Below, piece by piece: positions 1-7,619 of a DNA stretch of 33,963 nucleotides; positions within the stretch are counted from its first letter, which is position 1; the number at the start of each line of letters is the position of its first letter. Source of the DNA: a virus; the IMG/VR virus record IMGVR_UViG_3300016476_000653, positions 1-33,963 of that record. One strand, 5' to 3'. Made by a program: the position numbers and the translations under genes. The notes under the pieces were generated by a model. That model did not search any database and was not told where the DNA came from. It worked only from the letters and a program-made list of their open reading frames with translations.

Positions 1-21
1 AAATACTTAACCAAAACAAAT
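1..21. repeat. Left copy of a 21-bp terminal direct overlap; signature of a circular or circularly permuted genome assembly
   Basis: aaatacttaaccaaaacaaat at 1..21 is identical to 33943..33963. Confidence 0.9.
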
Positions 22-31
22 AACCTATGAT

Positions 32-403
32 ATGGGTAAGCATAATGGTTATAGGAATAGGCGTAAGTTCGAGATAGAAGAGGCTCGTAATCAAGACGGC
101 ACTTACCAAGCTATAAAGCTATTCGCTAAAAACACTAAGGTGTATGTCATTAATGCTGATGGTGCTTTTAAGAAAGGATATTTCTGGATTGAGTATGAGC
201 GAGATGGACAACCAAGTGTCCTTGCTAATATGATGATTGAGTTTTACGCTATAAACTTTGATTTAAGGGATAGGATTTACTTTATTAGGTCTGAAATGCT
301 AAGGAGAAAAGCACGTAGATACTACAAGGTTAATGACGTAAAAGAGGAGAATGGTGTCAAGTATGTCAAGTTCCCAACGAGTGAAATCATAAGATTTGAC
401 TAA
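32..403 (+). CDS. Hypothetical protein (rightward arm)
   Basis: 123-aa ATG ORF, co-oriented and closely spaced with neighbouring genes; no motif recognised. Confidence 0.6.
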   Translation: MGKHNGYRNRRKFEIEEARNQDGTYQAIKLFAKNTKVYVINADGAFKKGYFWIEYERDGQPSVLANMMIEFYAINFDLRDRIYFIRSEMLRRKARRYYKVNDVKEENGVKYVKFPTSEIIRFD

Positions 404-434
404 ATATATTAAATATATATAGTAACTTTGATTT

Positions 435-806
435 ATGGCAACATACAAAACAGCTTCTGAGCTAACCAAAATGATGATTGACCATCTAAGTAGCAAAGGT
501 TTAGAAGTATGGCGAAATAACAACCTTGCTGTAAAAGGAAGGACATTTATAGGAAGGAAAGGAGTACCAGATATTATAGGCTACGACAAAAAATATGGTC
601 AGTTCGTAGCTTGTGAGATTAAAAAGTTAGGCGATAGAATAAGTCCAGACCAGCTGGTATTCTTAACTAACTTAGGTATAGCTGGAGGATTATCAATGTT
701 ATGTAGTCAGACATCAGACGAAACAATAAAATTAGAAATATTTAAAGATGGCAAAAGTAAAATCTTCAAGTGGAACGAGTCAGAAAAAGAGTTTCGGAAA
801 GCGTAA
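435..806 (+). CDS. VRR-NUC / PD-(D/E)xK family nuclease
   Basis: 123 aa; GVPDIIGY ... FVACEIKK matches the PD...(D/E)xK catalytic arrangement and the size of VRR-NUC proteins. Confidence 0.65.
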   Translation: MATYKTASELTKMMIDHLSSKGLEVWRNNNLAVKGRTFIGRKGVPDIIGYDKKYGQFVACEIKKLGDRISPDQLVFLTNLGIAGGLSMLCSQTSDETIKLEIFKDGKSKIFKWNESEKEFRKA

Positions 807-890
807 AATGGGTAAGGCAAAAAAATCTTATAATAAACACTCACCTAAGCCAAAAGAATATCGTGGCCAGGGTAGATAAAAATTAAAACA

Positions 891-1076
891 ATGGAAGAAT
901 TAGAATTAGAAAACAAAGCAGAAAAAGCTCCTAAAGCTTCTAAGAAAGCTAAAGAGTTCGTATCTAACGAAACAATACAACTTATTCAAGACATCTTGGA
1001 TGATGGTACTGTAGATTTAAAGTGGAGAGAAGCACTTAAAGCACAAGTAAAAAAATATAAAAACGATGGACAGTAA
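891..1076 (+). CDS. Hypothetical protein, Lys/Glu-rich
   Basis: 61-aa ORF in operon context; its end overlaps the next start. Confidence 0.5.
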   Translation: MEELELENKAEKAPKASKKAKEFVSNETIQLIQDILDDGTVDLKWREALKAQVKKYKNDGQ

Positions 1077-1284
1077 TGAACATTATGATAGTGTTGTAAA
1101 TGCTGTGGTTAATAAGTATAAGGATAGAGCAAATACTGGATTTAACAAGTATAACACAACACTTGATAGAGATGACTTAACCGAATTAGAATGGTTAAAT
1201 CACCTACAAGATGAACTTATGGATGCAAGTCTATACGTACAAAAATTAAAACAAATAATAGAAAAAAGAAAACAAAGTCTTTAA
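1066..1284 (+). CDS. Hypothetical protein, helical; weak resemblance to all-alpha NTP-pyrophosphohydrolase-like proteins
   Basis: 72 aa; LEWLNHLQDELMDASLYV resembles the ExxD-containing helix of MazG-like proteins (weak). Confidence 0.45.
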   Translation: MDSNEHYDSVVNAVVNKYKDRANTGFNKYNTTLDRDDLTELEWLNHLQDELMDASLYVQKLKQIIEKRKQSL

Positions 1285-1302
1285 TAATCAAAACTAAAAA
1301 CA

Positions 1303-1557
1303 ATGGCTAAATCAAAAGAGCTTTACCTTGGGAAGTGTCACACTATCACCACATCATTCGGAACCTTTAGAAAGGTATCTTTAGGACCTAATGACTTTAA
1401 GAAACTATTAGAATTTGCTGAAGAAAACAAAGGATGGGCAAATATCTTAATCAAAATGAAGAAGTCTCATAATGCTAACGAATCTGACTTTTACGTAGAG
1501 ATTGATACTTGGAAGCCATCTACAGCAGATAAGCCTAAACAAGATTTACCATTTTAA
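1303..1557 (+). CDS. Small protein with an SSB-like C-terminal DLPF tip; candidate non-canonical ssDNA-binding or SSB-interactome protein
   Basis: 84 aa ending ...KPKQDLPF; bacterial SSB proteins end in D-(I/L)-P-F. Confidence 0.55.
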   Translation: MAKSKELYLGKCHTITTSFGTFRKVSLGPNDFKKLLEFAEENKGWANILIKMKKSHNANESDFYVEIDTWKPSTADKPKQDLPF

Positions 1558-1566
1558 TATTAAATC

Positions 1567-1749
1567 ATGAGACAAATATTAGAAGCTTTAATAGGTATGT
1601 TAGCAATCATGCTTATTATGTATATCCCATTCGCTTTTTTAATTGCTGAATTAAACCCTATAGCATGGCATATTACCTTAAGAGGTTTATACGTGTTATC
1701 AATAGCAGCTATAGTTACATTTGCTGTTAAGCAGCAGATTAAGAAATAA
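1567..1749 (+). CDS. Small integral membrane protein (two hydrophobic helices)
   Basis: 60 aa; ALIGMLAIMLIMYIPFAFLIA and LYVLSIAAIVTFAV are hydrophobic spans; last gene of the rightward arm. Confidence 0.55.
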   Translation: MRQILEALIGMLAIMLIMYIPFAFLIAELNPIAWHITLRGLYVLSIAAIVTFAVKQQIKK

Positions 1750-1782
1750 TGTTGTGTTTTTGTAGATAAATAGATAAGGTAC

Positions 1783-1812
1783 GGCTGGGGTTTCTACCCT
1801 GGCCTATTTTTT
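1783..1812 (+). terminator. Rho-independent terminator closing the rightward arm
   Basis: Stem ggctgggg/ccctggcc (8 bp with 2 G-U pairs that form only in the plus-strand RNA), 6-nt loop, then tatttttt. Confidence 0.6.
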
Positions 1813-1816
1813 GCAT

Positions 1817-1844
1817 AAAAAAACCTCCTTTTTTAAGGGAGGCC
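1817..1844 (-). terminator. Candidate terminator closing the leftward arm
   Basis: Minus-strand RNA reads ggcctcccttaaaaaaggaggttttttt: cctcc/ggagg stem followed by U7, 37 nt downstream of the stop at 1881. Confidence 0.4.
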
Positions 1845-1880
1845 TTACCAAAACCAAAACACACCTATGAGAGAGCAAGT

Positions 1881-2153
1881 TTAATTCTGCTTGTTTGAGT
1901 TATCATAAAATTTTGTTAAAACTGTTCCGTACAAAATACTTTGATAACGTGCAATAAAACTATCAACTGATTCGTTTACATAGAAGTAATCTTCATTAGC
2001 CATATACACAAAACATCTATCTGTCGACTCATCGTCTGCAGTAACACTTGCCACTTGATGGATATTGATGTAGGCATCTGATTCTTCGATATTATCTTGA
2101 AATTCATAGCTATCATCGTCATCCTCTGTAAGCTGTATAATGTGCATTAGCAT
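1881..2153 (-). CDS. Highly acidic small protein (candidate DNA mimic or anti-defence protein)
   Basis: 90 aa with 19 D/E versus 4 K/R, including TEDDDDS; terminal gene of the leftward arm. Confidence 0.6.
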   Translation of the reverse strand: MLMHIIQLTEDDDDSYEFQDNIEESDAYINIHQVASVTADDESTDRCFVYMANEDYFYVNESVDSFIARYQSILYGTVLTKFYDNSNKQN

Positions 2154-2159
2154 AACAAA

Positions 2160-2273
2160 TCATTTATTTACGAGTAATCGCAACTGCTTCGTTATTATTT
2201 CAAGCTTAATTTCTAATGCACTCTTCTCTTTCATCAACTTAGCTATCAATTCTAACTGTTCTGCGGTACTCAT
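2160..2273 (-). CDS. Possible 37-aa coiled-coil peptide (below the ORF-track cutoff)
   Basis: Hand translation: MSTAEQLELIAKLMKEKSALEIKLEIITKQLRLLVNK; its stop lies 6 nt before the next start. Confidence 0.3.
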   Translation of the reverse strand: MSTAEQLELIAKLMKEKSALEIKLEIITKQLRLLVNK

Positions 2274-2319
2274 ACAAATTTACGTTTTAATTATTTTAGA
2301 AATAAAAAGTGCATACCTT

Positions 2320-2332
2320 ATTGATTATCAAT
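2320..2332. promoter_or_regulatory. 13-bp perfect palindrome in the intergenic region upstream of the terminal small genes; possible operator
   Basis: attgat-t-atcaat lies within the 118-bp gap 2274..2391. Confidence 0.2.
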
Positions 2333-2391
2333 ATGATACACACTTAATGAAACACTTTCGTGTCGGTCAAGGGATTCTATCCCAAGAGTGG

Positions 2392-3132
2392 TTATTTATC
2401 CGTTTTAGAACAATATTTACCACAAGTATTGCAGCGATACTGTATTCTTACTAAACCAGTAGCGGTTACTGTCTTTTTTACCCTCACAAGCTCATCTGAG
2501 CCACATTCTGGACAGCTCCCCCTATCTTCACCGAATATTACCCCATAATGAGTTTTAGGCTCTATATGAGTCTGTAATGCCTTAAATACATCCTCTAACA
2601 ATGATACGTCTTTTTTGCAATACTTAATCATCTTTTCCATAGCAATTTTATCCTTGTTTAAAAGGATGTCTTTCCACAGATTAAACTCAGTTTTTATCTT
2701 CTGGCCAAGGCCTAAAAAGTCAGCTATGTAGTTGAGTCTGTTAGAGTTAAATCTAAACTTAGACCTTGCTACTTTTAGGGTGTCTATGGTAGTATATTTA
2801 GGGAACATTGGAATCTTGTGGAATAGACAGCGTGTTCTAATCCAAGCTAAGTCAAATTTATCTCCATTGTGACCTACTAACTCAGTAGCGGTGTCAGCAA
2901 CTTCAATAAACTTCTCAAGCATCTTTTTATCGCATTGCTTAGAATCCCAATTAAGAGAGAAAACTTCTTTGTCGCCTTCCCATTTGTAACAGATACAAAT
3001 TATGGCTCTTTCTTTAATAATGTTAGAGTAGTCAATATTCTTTTTAAATCCAGCTTCCCAGAATAGACCGATGTTAGGGGATGTTTCAATGTCAAAAAAC
3101 AGACGTTTTCTGTGGGTTTTGGTGGTGCTCAT
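2392..3132 (-). CDS. DnaQ/RNase-H-like 3'-5' exonuclease with a C-terminal zinc ribbon
   Basis: FFDIET (Exo I), GHNGDKFDL (Exo II), YCKKD (Exo III); C-terminal CPECG...CNTCG. Confidence 0.8.
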   Translation of the reverse strand: MSTTKTHRKRLFFDIETSPNIGLFWEAGFKKNIDYSNIIKERAIICICYKWEGDKEVFSLNWDSKQCDKKMLEKFIEVADTATELVGHNGDKFDLAWIRTRCLFHKIPMFPKYTTIDTLKVARSKFRFNSNRLNYIADFLGLGQKIKTEFNLWKDILLNKDKIAMEKMIKYCKKDVSLLEDVFKALQTHIEPKTHYGVIFGEDRGSCPECGSDELVRVKKTVTATGLVRIQYRCNTCGKYCSKTDK

Positions 3133-3153
3133 TATTTGTGGTTTTGGTTAGTT

Positions 3154-3615
3154 CTATTTGTAAGGTGCGTAAACCGTTTTACCATTCACCTTAAGTGCCC
3201 TCAACACTTGTTTTCTATTCGCCCCTTTGTTATAAGAAACGTGTACCCAGTCTGGTTTATTGTGGTCACCAAACTCCCAAATCAATTGGTCAAACTCTAA
3301 CGTGTCTTTGATAAAGTTAAAGATTTCTGTGTTAGTAGCTTCACCCATACCGTCTTGGTCTATATCTGCTGCCTTACCTTCACAGTGTTGTGATTTTAAT
3401 GAACCACCAATATAATGGTTCAAAGCCTTTGACCTATATCCAGAAGAGATATTTAATGGCTCAGCGAAATGTTCTCTAATTGGCTCTAATACCTTTTCGC
3501 AAAGTACTTTGATATTTTCTAAATGTTCTGGTGTAGGATTGTTAGACACACCATGTCTTTTAGCTGATTCGCTACGTGTAAATTCTGCAAGTGAAAAATG
3601 TACAGATAATTTCAT
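3154..3615 (-). CDS. Endolysin, peptidase M15 family (zinc D-Ala-D-Ala carboxypeptidase / L-Ala-D-Glu peptidase type)
   Basis: SSGYRS, SQHCEGKAADID and DWVHVSY match the M15 zinc-ligand pattern; lies next to the holin-like genes. Confidence 0.85.
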   Translation of the reverse strand: MKLSVHFSLAEFTRSESAKRHGVSNNPTPEHLENIKVLCEKVLEPIREHFAEPLNISSGYRSKALNHYIGGSLKSQHCEGKAADIDQDGMGEATNTEIFNFIKDTLEFDQLIWEFGDHNKPDWVHVSYNKGANRKQVLRALKVNGKTVYAPYK

Positions 3616-3624
3616 TGCGTAAAA

Positions 3625-3819
3625 TTAGCTTCTTTTTTTTAATTGCTTTCTGATGAAACCATACATCTGCATACCCAACCAACAAATAGTCATAAAATAA
3701 ACTATAGTTTGTAGTAATGGGTTTAAGGCAACTATGCCAAAAATATCTAACCAAGAAACTGCCATTGTTATTACACCGATAGGAGTTAAATCATTGTCTA
3801 ATTGGTCAAAGTGGTTCAT
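3625..3819 (-). CDS. Holin-like protein (two TM helices, basic C-terminus)
   Basis: 64 aa; IGVITMAVSWLDIFGIVAL and LLQTIVYFMTICWLGMQMYGF, then RKQLKKRS; immediately upstream of the endolysin. Confidence 0.6.
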   Translation of the reverse strand: MNHFDQLDNDLTPIGVITMAVSWLDIFGIVALNPLLQTIVYFMTICWLGMQMYGFIRKQLKKRS

Positions 3820-3826
3820 TTATCGG

Positions 3827-4027
3827 TTATTTTTTGTTGAATATTGTTGTTACTACACTTGCTGACAATAAAGTAGCAGAATACATAAGTAATGCCTCGA
3901 AAGCATCTTTGTCTAATAGGTGAGCATATTTACCAATTAAAGCAGCTATTAATGCCGCTAATCCAGCCACTCTTTTTGAGCTTACTTCACTGCCACCAGA
4001 AACCATATTTTTTAAGAATTGAATCAT
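3827..4027 (-). CDS. Second holin-like / antiholin-like small membrane protein
   Basis: 66 aa; VAGLAALIAALIG and LLMYSATLLSASVVTTIF hydrophobic spans; ATGA overlap with the upstream gene. Confidence 0.55.
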   Translation of the reverse strand: MIQFLKNMVSGGSEVSSKRVAGLAALIAALIGKYAHLLDKDAFEALLMYSATLLSASVVTTIFNKK

Positions 4028-4626
4028 TTTCTACCTAATTTAAAATACACACTACCAGAGTAGCTTATATTATAGTTTTTATTAATATTTAAATTAAGAC
4101 CTATTAGAGCCTTATTTTTGGCATTTAGCATCAATCCAGGACTTAGTACTTCTAATCCATTATATTGGCTAAAATCGCCTCTTATGCCGTAATAAAGACC
4201 ATATTTGGCTTTTTGAGCATAATACTCTTTAACATAAATGGTTTTTTCGCTAATCTTAGCCTTAAATGACCTCGATTTGATACTGTTTTGGCTGATAGTG
4301 TCATCTATGACAAAGATATTAGAATCTTGTTTAATAGTGTCTGAGTATGCCTTAGTTAGACTATAGTCATTCAGTATAAATACTGTATCATGTACATAAT
4401 TCTGTACAGTATCAGTAGCTACAATCACATAAGGTATTTCTGTACCTTTTTTATAAACTGTTGCTGTACGAGTTTTATAAATTGTGTCGTGAACTTCTAA
4501 TATTTTACGATAATTACGCATATCGCTAAAATCAGCGATTTTATCTTGCTTATGAAAAGTCTCATAAAGAAATACGCCTACAAAAAAGAATACAATAATT
4601 AGTAGATAATCTTTAATATGTGTCAT
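4024..4626 (-). CDS. N-terminally membrane-anchored 200-aa protein between the tail and lysis genes
   Basis: Start moved to the internal ATG (MTHIKDYLLIIVFFFVGVFLY...). The longer track ORF would overlap the upstream gene by 91 nt. Confidence 0.6.
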   Translation of the reverse strand: MTHIKDYLLIIVFFFVGVFLYETFHKQDKIADFSDMRNYRKILEVHDTIYKTRTATVYKKGTEIPYVIVATDTVQNYVHDTVFILNDYSLTKAYSDTIKQDSNIFVIDDTISQNSIKSRSFKAKISEKTIYVKEYYAQKAKYGLYYGIRGDFSQYNGLEVLSPGLMLNAKNKALIGLNLNINKNYNISYSGSVYFKLGRK

Positions 4627-4628
4627 GG

Positions 4629-5240
4629 TTATTGGTTTGCACAAAGTCCAGTTGGTGAAATAGTACCAGTTCCGCTTGTTATAGTAATCTGTGGTAATCC
4701 ACCAGAAATGGTAGCACATTGATAGAATGACCCTGGACCACTTAATCCTATGGCATAAAGTTGACCATCATTACAATCTACATACTCTATAGTTCCTCCA
4801 GTAGTCATAGTTACTAAATATCTACCACAATTGTTTGGATTATTAAAGCTATATGGACCAATACCGCTAATTGTAACAGAATAAGTAGCTACATCTTCTA
4901 CTGGGCCATTTAATGTTAATGAAGTAATATATCCAAACCCATAAACGTAGTTCCCAGATGGAGTGCCTATAGTAAATCTTACTGTTATTTTAGTTCTGTT
5001 TAATTGAGCATCTAACATGTCCTTGTAGTCGTAATCTCCAATAGTAATTAAACCATCGCAAGTAACACTCCATTCTGCTATGTCATTTTTGAACTGTCTG
5101 AACCAATCTGATGTATGAGAAGTAACTTCTACTTGATTGACAGAAACATCAAAAGAACAGTTAGTAGAAGCAGCAAAATTGGAGTAAACACCTCCAGCTT
5201 CACGATATGATAAGACTAAGTTTGTTCCTAATATAGCCAT
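4629..5240 (-). CDS. Tail-tube (major tail protein)-like paralog with a Cys-containing C-terminal extension
   Basis: 203 aa; shares MAILGTN, STNCS, EWSVTCDGL, MLDAQL, GPVE..ATY with 5251..5649 and the ST.CSL / SWSV.TDGL / ATF pattern with the tail protein at 10460..10879. Confidence 0.7.
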   Translation of the reverse strand: MAILGTNLVLSYREAGGVYSNFAASTNCSFDVSVNQVEVTSHTSDWFRQFKNDIAEWSVTCDGLITIGDYDYKDMLDAQLNRTKITVRFTIGTPSGNYVYGFGYITSLTLNGPVEDVATYSVTISGIGPYSFNNPNNCGRYLVTMTTGGTIEYVDCNDGQLYAIGLSGPGSFYQCATISGGLPQITITSGTGTISPTGLCANQ

Positions 5241-5250
5241 AGTATTCTTT

Positions 5251-5649
5251 TTAAGATATTGTATATCTTCCGCTTCCTTGTAGCGTTATTCTATATGTTG
5301 CTGTACTTTCTACTGGCCCAGTCATATTTATAGATGTAATATTAGCAGTTCCAGTAACGATATAAGATGGTGAAGTACCTATGCTAAATTTAATTGTAAT
5401 AGGATTTCTTAATAACTGAGCATCTAACATAAGTTTAATCTCGTAGTCACCATTAGCTATAAAACCATCACAAGTCACTGACCATTGAGAAACGTTAGGT
5501 AATATATCAGTAAACCATGCAGAATAAGAAGATGCTACACCAGTAGTATCTGTAGTAGTATCTAAAGAACAGTTTGTAGCTGCTCCAAATGGTATATTAG
5601 TTGAACCATTAAAGTAGTATAAGACAACATTCGTACCTAAGATAGCCAT
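5251..5649 (-). CDS. Tail-tube (major tail protein)-like paralog
   Basis: 132 aa; clear paralog of the N-terminal 130 aa of 4629..5240, with the same motif skeleton as 10460..10879. Confidence 0.7.
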   Translation of the reverse strand: MAILGTNVVLYYFNGSTNIPFGAATNCSLDTTTDTTGVASSYSAWFTDILPNVSQWSVTCDGFIANGDYEIKLMLDAQLLRNPITIKFSIGTSPSYIVTGTANITSINMTGPVESTATYRITLQGSGRYTIS

Positions 5650-5660
5650 TTTTATATTTT

Positions 5661-7619
5661 TTATTCATACGTTATTACCTCTGTAGAAGCATTATCCGCA
5701 GCAGTTATTTCTAATAATTGTACACTTTGAACTTGATTAGCAGATGGTATTACGCTTAATCTATTAGCCATAAAAGCCTTTCCGCTATAAGATAGATTAC
5801 CAGGAGTACTATCACTAATAGCATATTTAGTTTGTAGGTAAACACCTACACCACTTGGTCCTACTATTTCTCCTAAATCACCTTCTAAAGTAGCCATATT
5901 TTTATTGAATATGTTAGAGTAAATTCTACATAACAATCTGTTTAAACTACCATAAGTTCCAGCAATACCATATCTATACCAGTTAATCAATTTACTTCCG
6001 CTACTGCTATATAATGTACCAATAGTATTTGGCTGTGTAGTATCTGGATATATAGAACCATAAGGAACATCAATAACCTTTTCTAAAGCCAAGTTAGAGC
6101 CTAAAGTTCTCTTTACTTGTACAGAAGAATAGGTATCTGAGCCTTGTCTTAATCTGAAGTCTCTAAATCTAAAATAACTATAGTTTAAGTCTAATAAGAA
6201 ACCAACCTTAGTAGGTCCATAAACATACGTTCCGCTACCAGCCGCTGTAATACCAAAAGGTATGTTTTTAGAATAAGTACCTCTTGGGCTTGAGCCTATA
6301 CCAGCAGTATTATGTTCTGGTAATTCTATATAAGATGCAGTAGTTGTCCAAGTGTCATCACTTTTTAAATAATAATCTGTACCAGAAACATTTACAATTA
6401 TGTACATTTTACATCTTGCTGGTAATCCATATCCAGGTAATGGACCAGCATAGTATAAATCATATTCAAATGATACAGAACCAGGCTGATTTATCATATA
6501 TGGCAAGAAGCTACTATTCATTTCAAACTGAACAGTACCACCACCAGCAGAACTTGTACCAGCTTGTAATCTTATGTCGTTGTACTTATCTTCTGTTAAA
6601 TCATATAACTGCAAGAATCCAGCACCAGTAGTAGTCAATGTAAATCCAGTAGGGGCTGTAGATGTTGTAGTATATTGCTTAAAGTCGCCATTATTTATGT
6701 AGTTATCTACAAACTGAAAGTCTGTATTTACGATTACTCTTGAATATCCCTTTCTTATAATCTTAACTTGAGAGTTATCGATAAAGTGAACTTGACCAGC
6801 AGTATAAGGATAAATTACTATTGGGGTATATAATGATACATAACCAATAAGACTTGGAGAAGAACCAACTTGATACTTAGTACAATAAAGATTTGTACCA
6901 GCCATTTCACTAATAGGAAGTATGTACCAGATACCTTCATATTGGAATAACCTTGAGCCAAATGACTTAACAATGTTATCTAAAATAGTATAGTAATCTA
7001 CTCCTACAAAGTCTCTTCTAAACTGATAAGTCTGGTCTAATGGTTCGTTGGTGTTAGCAACACCCCTATCAGACATACCAGCAGCAAAATAAGATATACA
7101 AGAATAGAAATAAGTAGTTGTTGGGTAAGCAATCGTATTTAAGCAAAGATTAACTACGTTTAGTAAAGAAGTTAATCCATTTGTATTACCATTTAGTGAG
7201 CTATATGTGTAATATTTTAAATATGATAAGGCATCTACACAAACAAATCTTGCTTCTAAGTTACCAGTAGTAAAAGGGATTTCTATATAGTCATTAAATA
7301 TAAATCCTCTCCATTTAAGAGTTTCTGAACCGATACCAGAAGTATAAACTAACTCAACATAGTATTTTCTATCGTTAGAGTTTAGTAGGTCTGGGAAGTT
7401 ATTAAAGTCAGCAGTGCTTGATAATAAGAAAGAAACGTTTAACTGAGATGAAATAATACCTCCTAATGGGTCCTCTTCGTTAGAATTAGGACTTAAAGTT
7501 AGATTTGCAAGTCTATAGGTAGTAAAATCTCCAGTGAAAGAATCCTCGTATATTTTAACAATAGCCGAGTTACCATCTCTCATTTTCTCAGTTAAGGTGT
7601 ATCTTAATCCGTATGCCAT
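5661..7619 (-). CDS. Tail-tip / distal tail structural protein (function inferred from position)
   Basis: 652 aa; start overlaps the tape-measure stop (TAATG). This is the position occupied by Dit/Tal-type proteins in siphoviruses. Confidence 0.65.
   Translation of the reverse strand: MAYGLRYTLTEKMRDGNSAIVKIYEDSFTGDFTTYRLANLTLSPNSNEEDPLGGIISSQLNVSFLLSSTADFNNFPDLLNSNDRKYYVELVYTSGIGSETLKWRGFIFNDYIEIPFTTGNLEARFVCVDALSYLKYYTYSSLNGNTNGLTSLLNVVNLCLNTIAYPTTTYFYSCISYFAAGMSDRGVANTNEPLDQTYQFRRDFVGVDYYTILDNIVKSFGSRLFQYEGIWYILPISEMAGTNLYCTKYQVGSSPSLIGYVSLYTPIVIYPYTAGQVHFIDNSQVKIIRKGYSRVIVNTDFQFVDNYINNGDFKQYTTTSTAPTGFTLTTTGAGFLQLYDLTEDKYNDIRLQAGTSSAGGGTVQFEMNSSFLPYMINQPGSVSFEYDLYYAGPLPGYGLPARCKMYIIVNVSGTDYYLKSDDTWTTTASYIELPEHNTAGIGSSPRGTYSKNIPFGITAAGSGTYVYGPTKVGFLLDLNYSYFRFRDFRLRQGSDTYSSVQVKRTLGSNLALEKVIDVPYGSIYPDTTQPNTIGTLYSSSGSKLINWYRYGIAGTYGSLNRLLCRIYSNIFNKNMATLEGDLGEIVGPSGVGVYLQTKYAISDSTPGNLSYSGKAFMANRLSVIPSANQVQSVQLLEITAADNASTEVITYE

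Noticed and set aside
808-879. 23-aa Lys-rich mini-ORF (MGKAKKSYNKHSPKPKEYRGQGR) between 806 and 891
   Set aside because: It is too short and compositionally simple to support without conservation or expression data.
2275-2282. TAAATTTG (Bacteroidetes TAnnTTTG -7 box) on the minus strand
   Set aside because: It ends 1 nt before the ATG of the 37-aa ORF, so transcription would start within the ORF. It is likely a chance match in AT-rich sequence.
4627-4719. N-terminal 31-aa extension of track ORF 4024..4719
   Set aside because: It would overlap the upstream gene 4629..5240 by 91 nt. The internal ATG at 4626 lies 2 nt after that gene's stop and begins a typical signal-anchor sequence.
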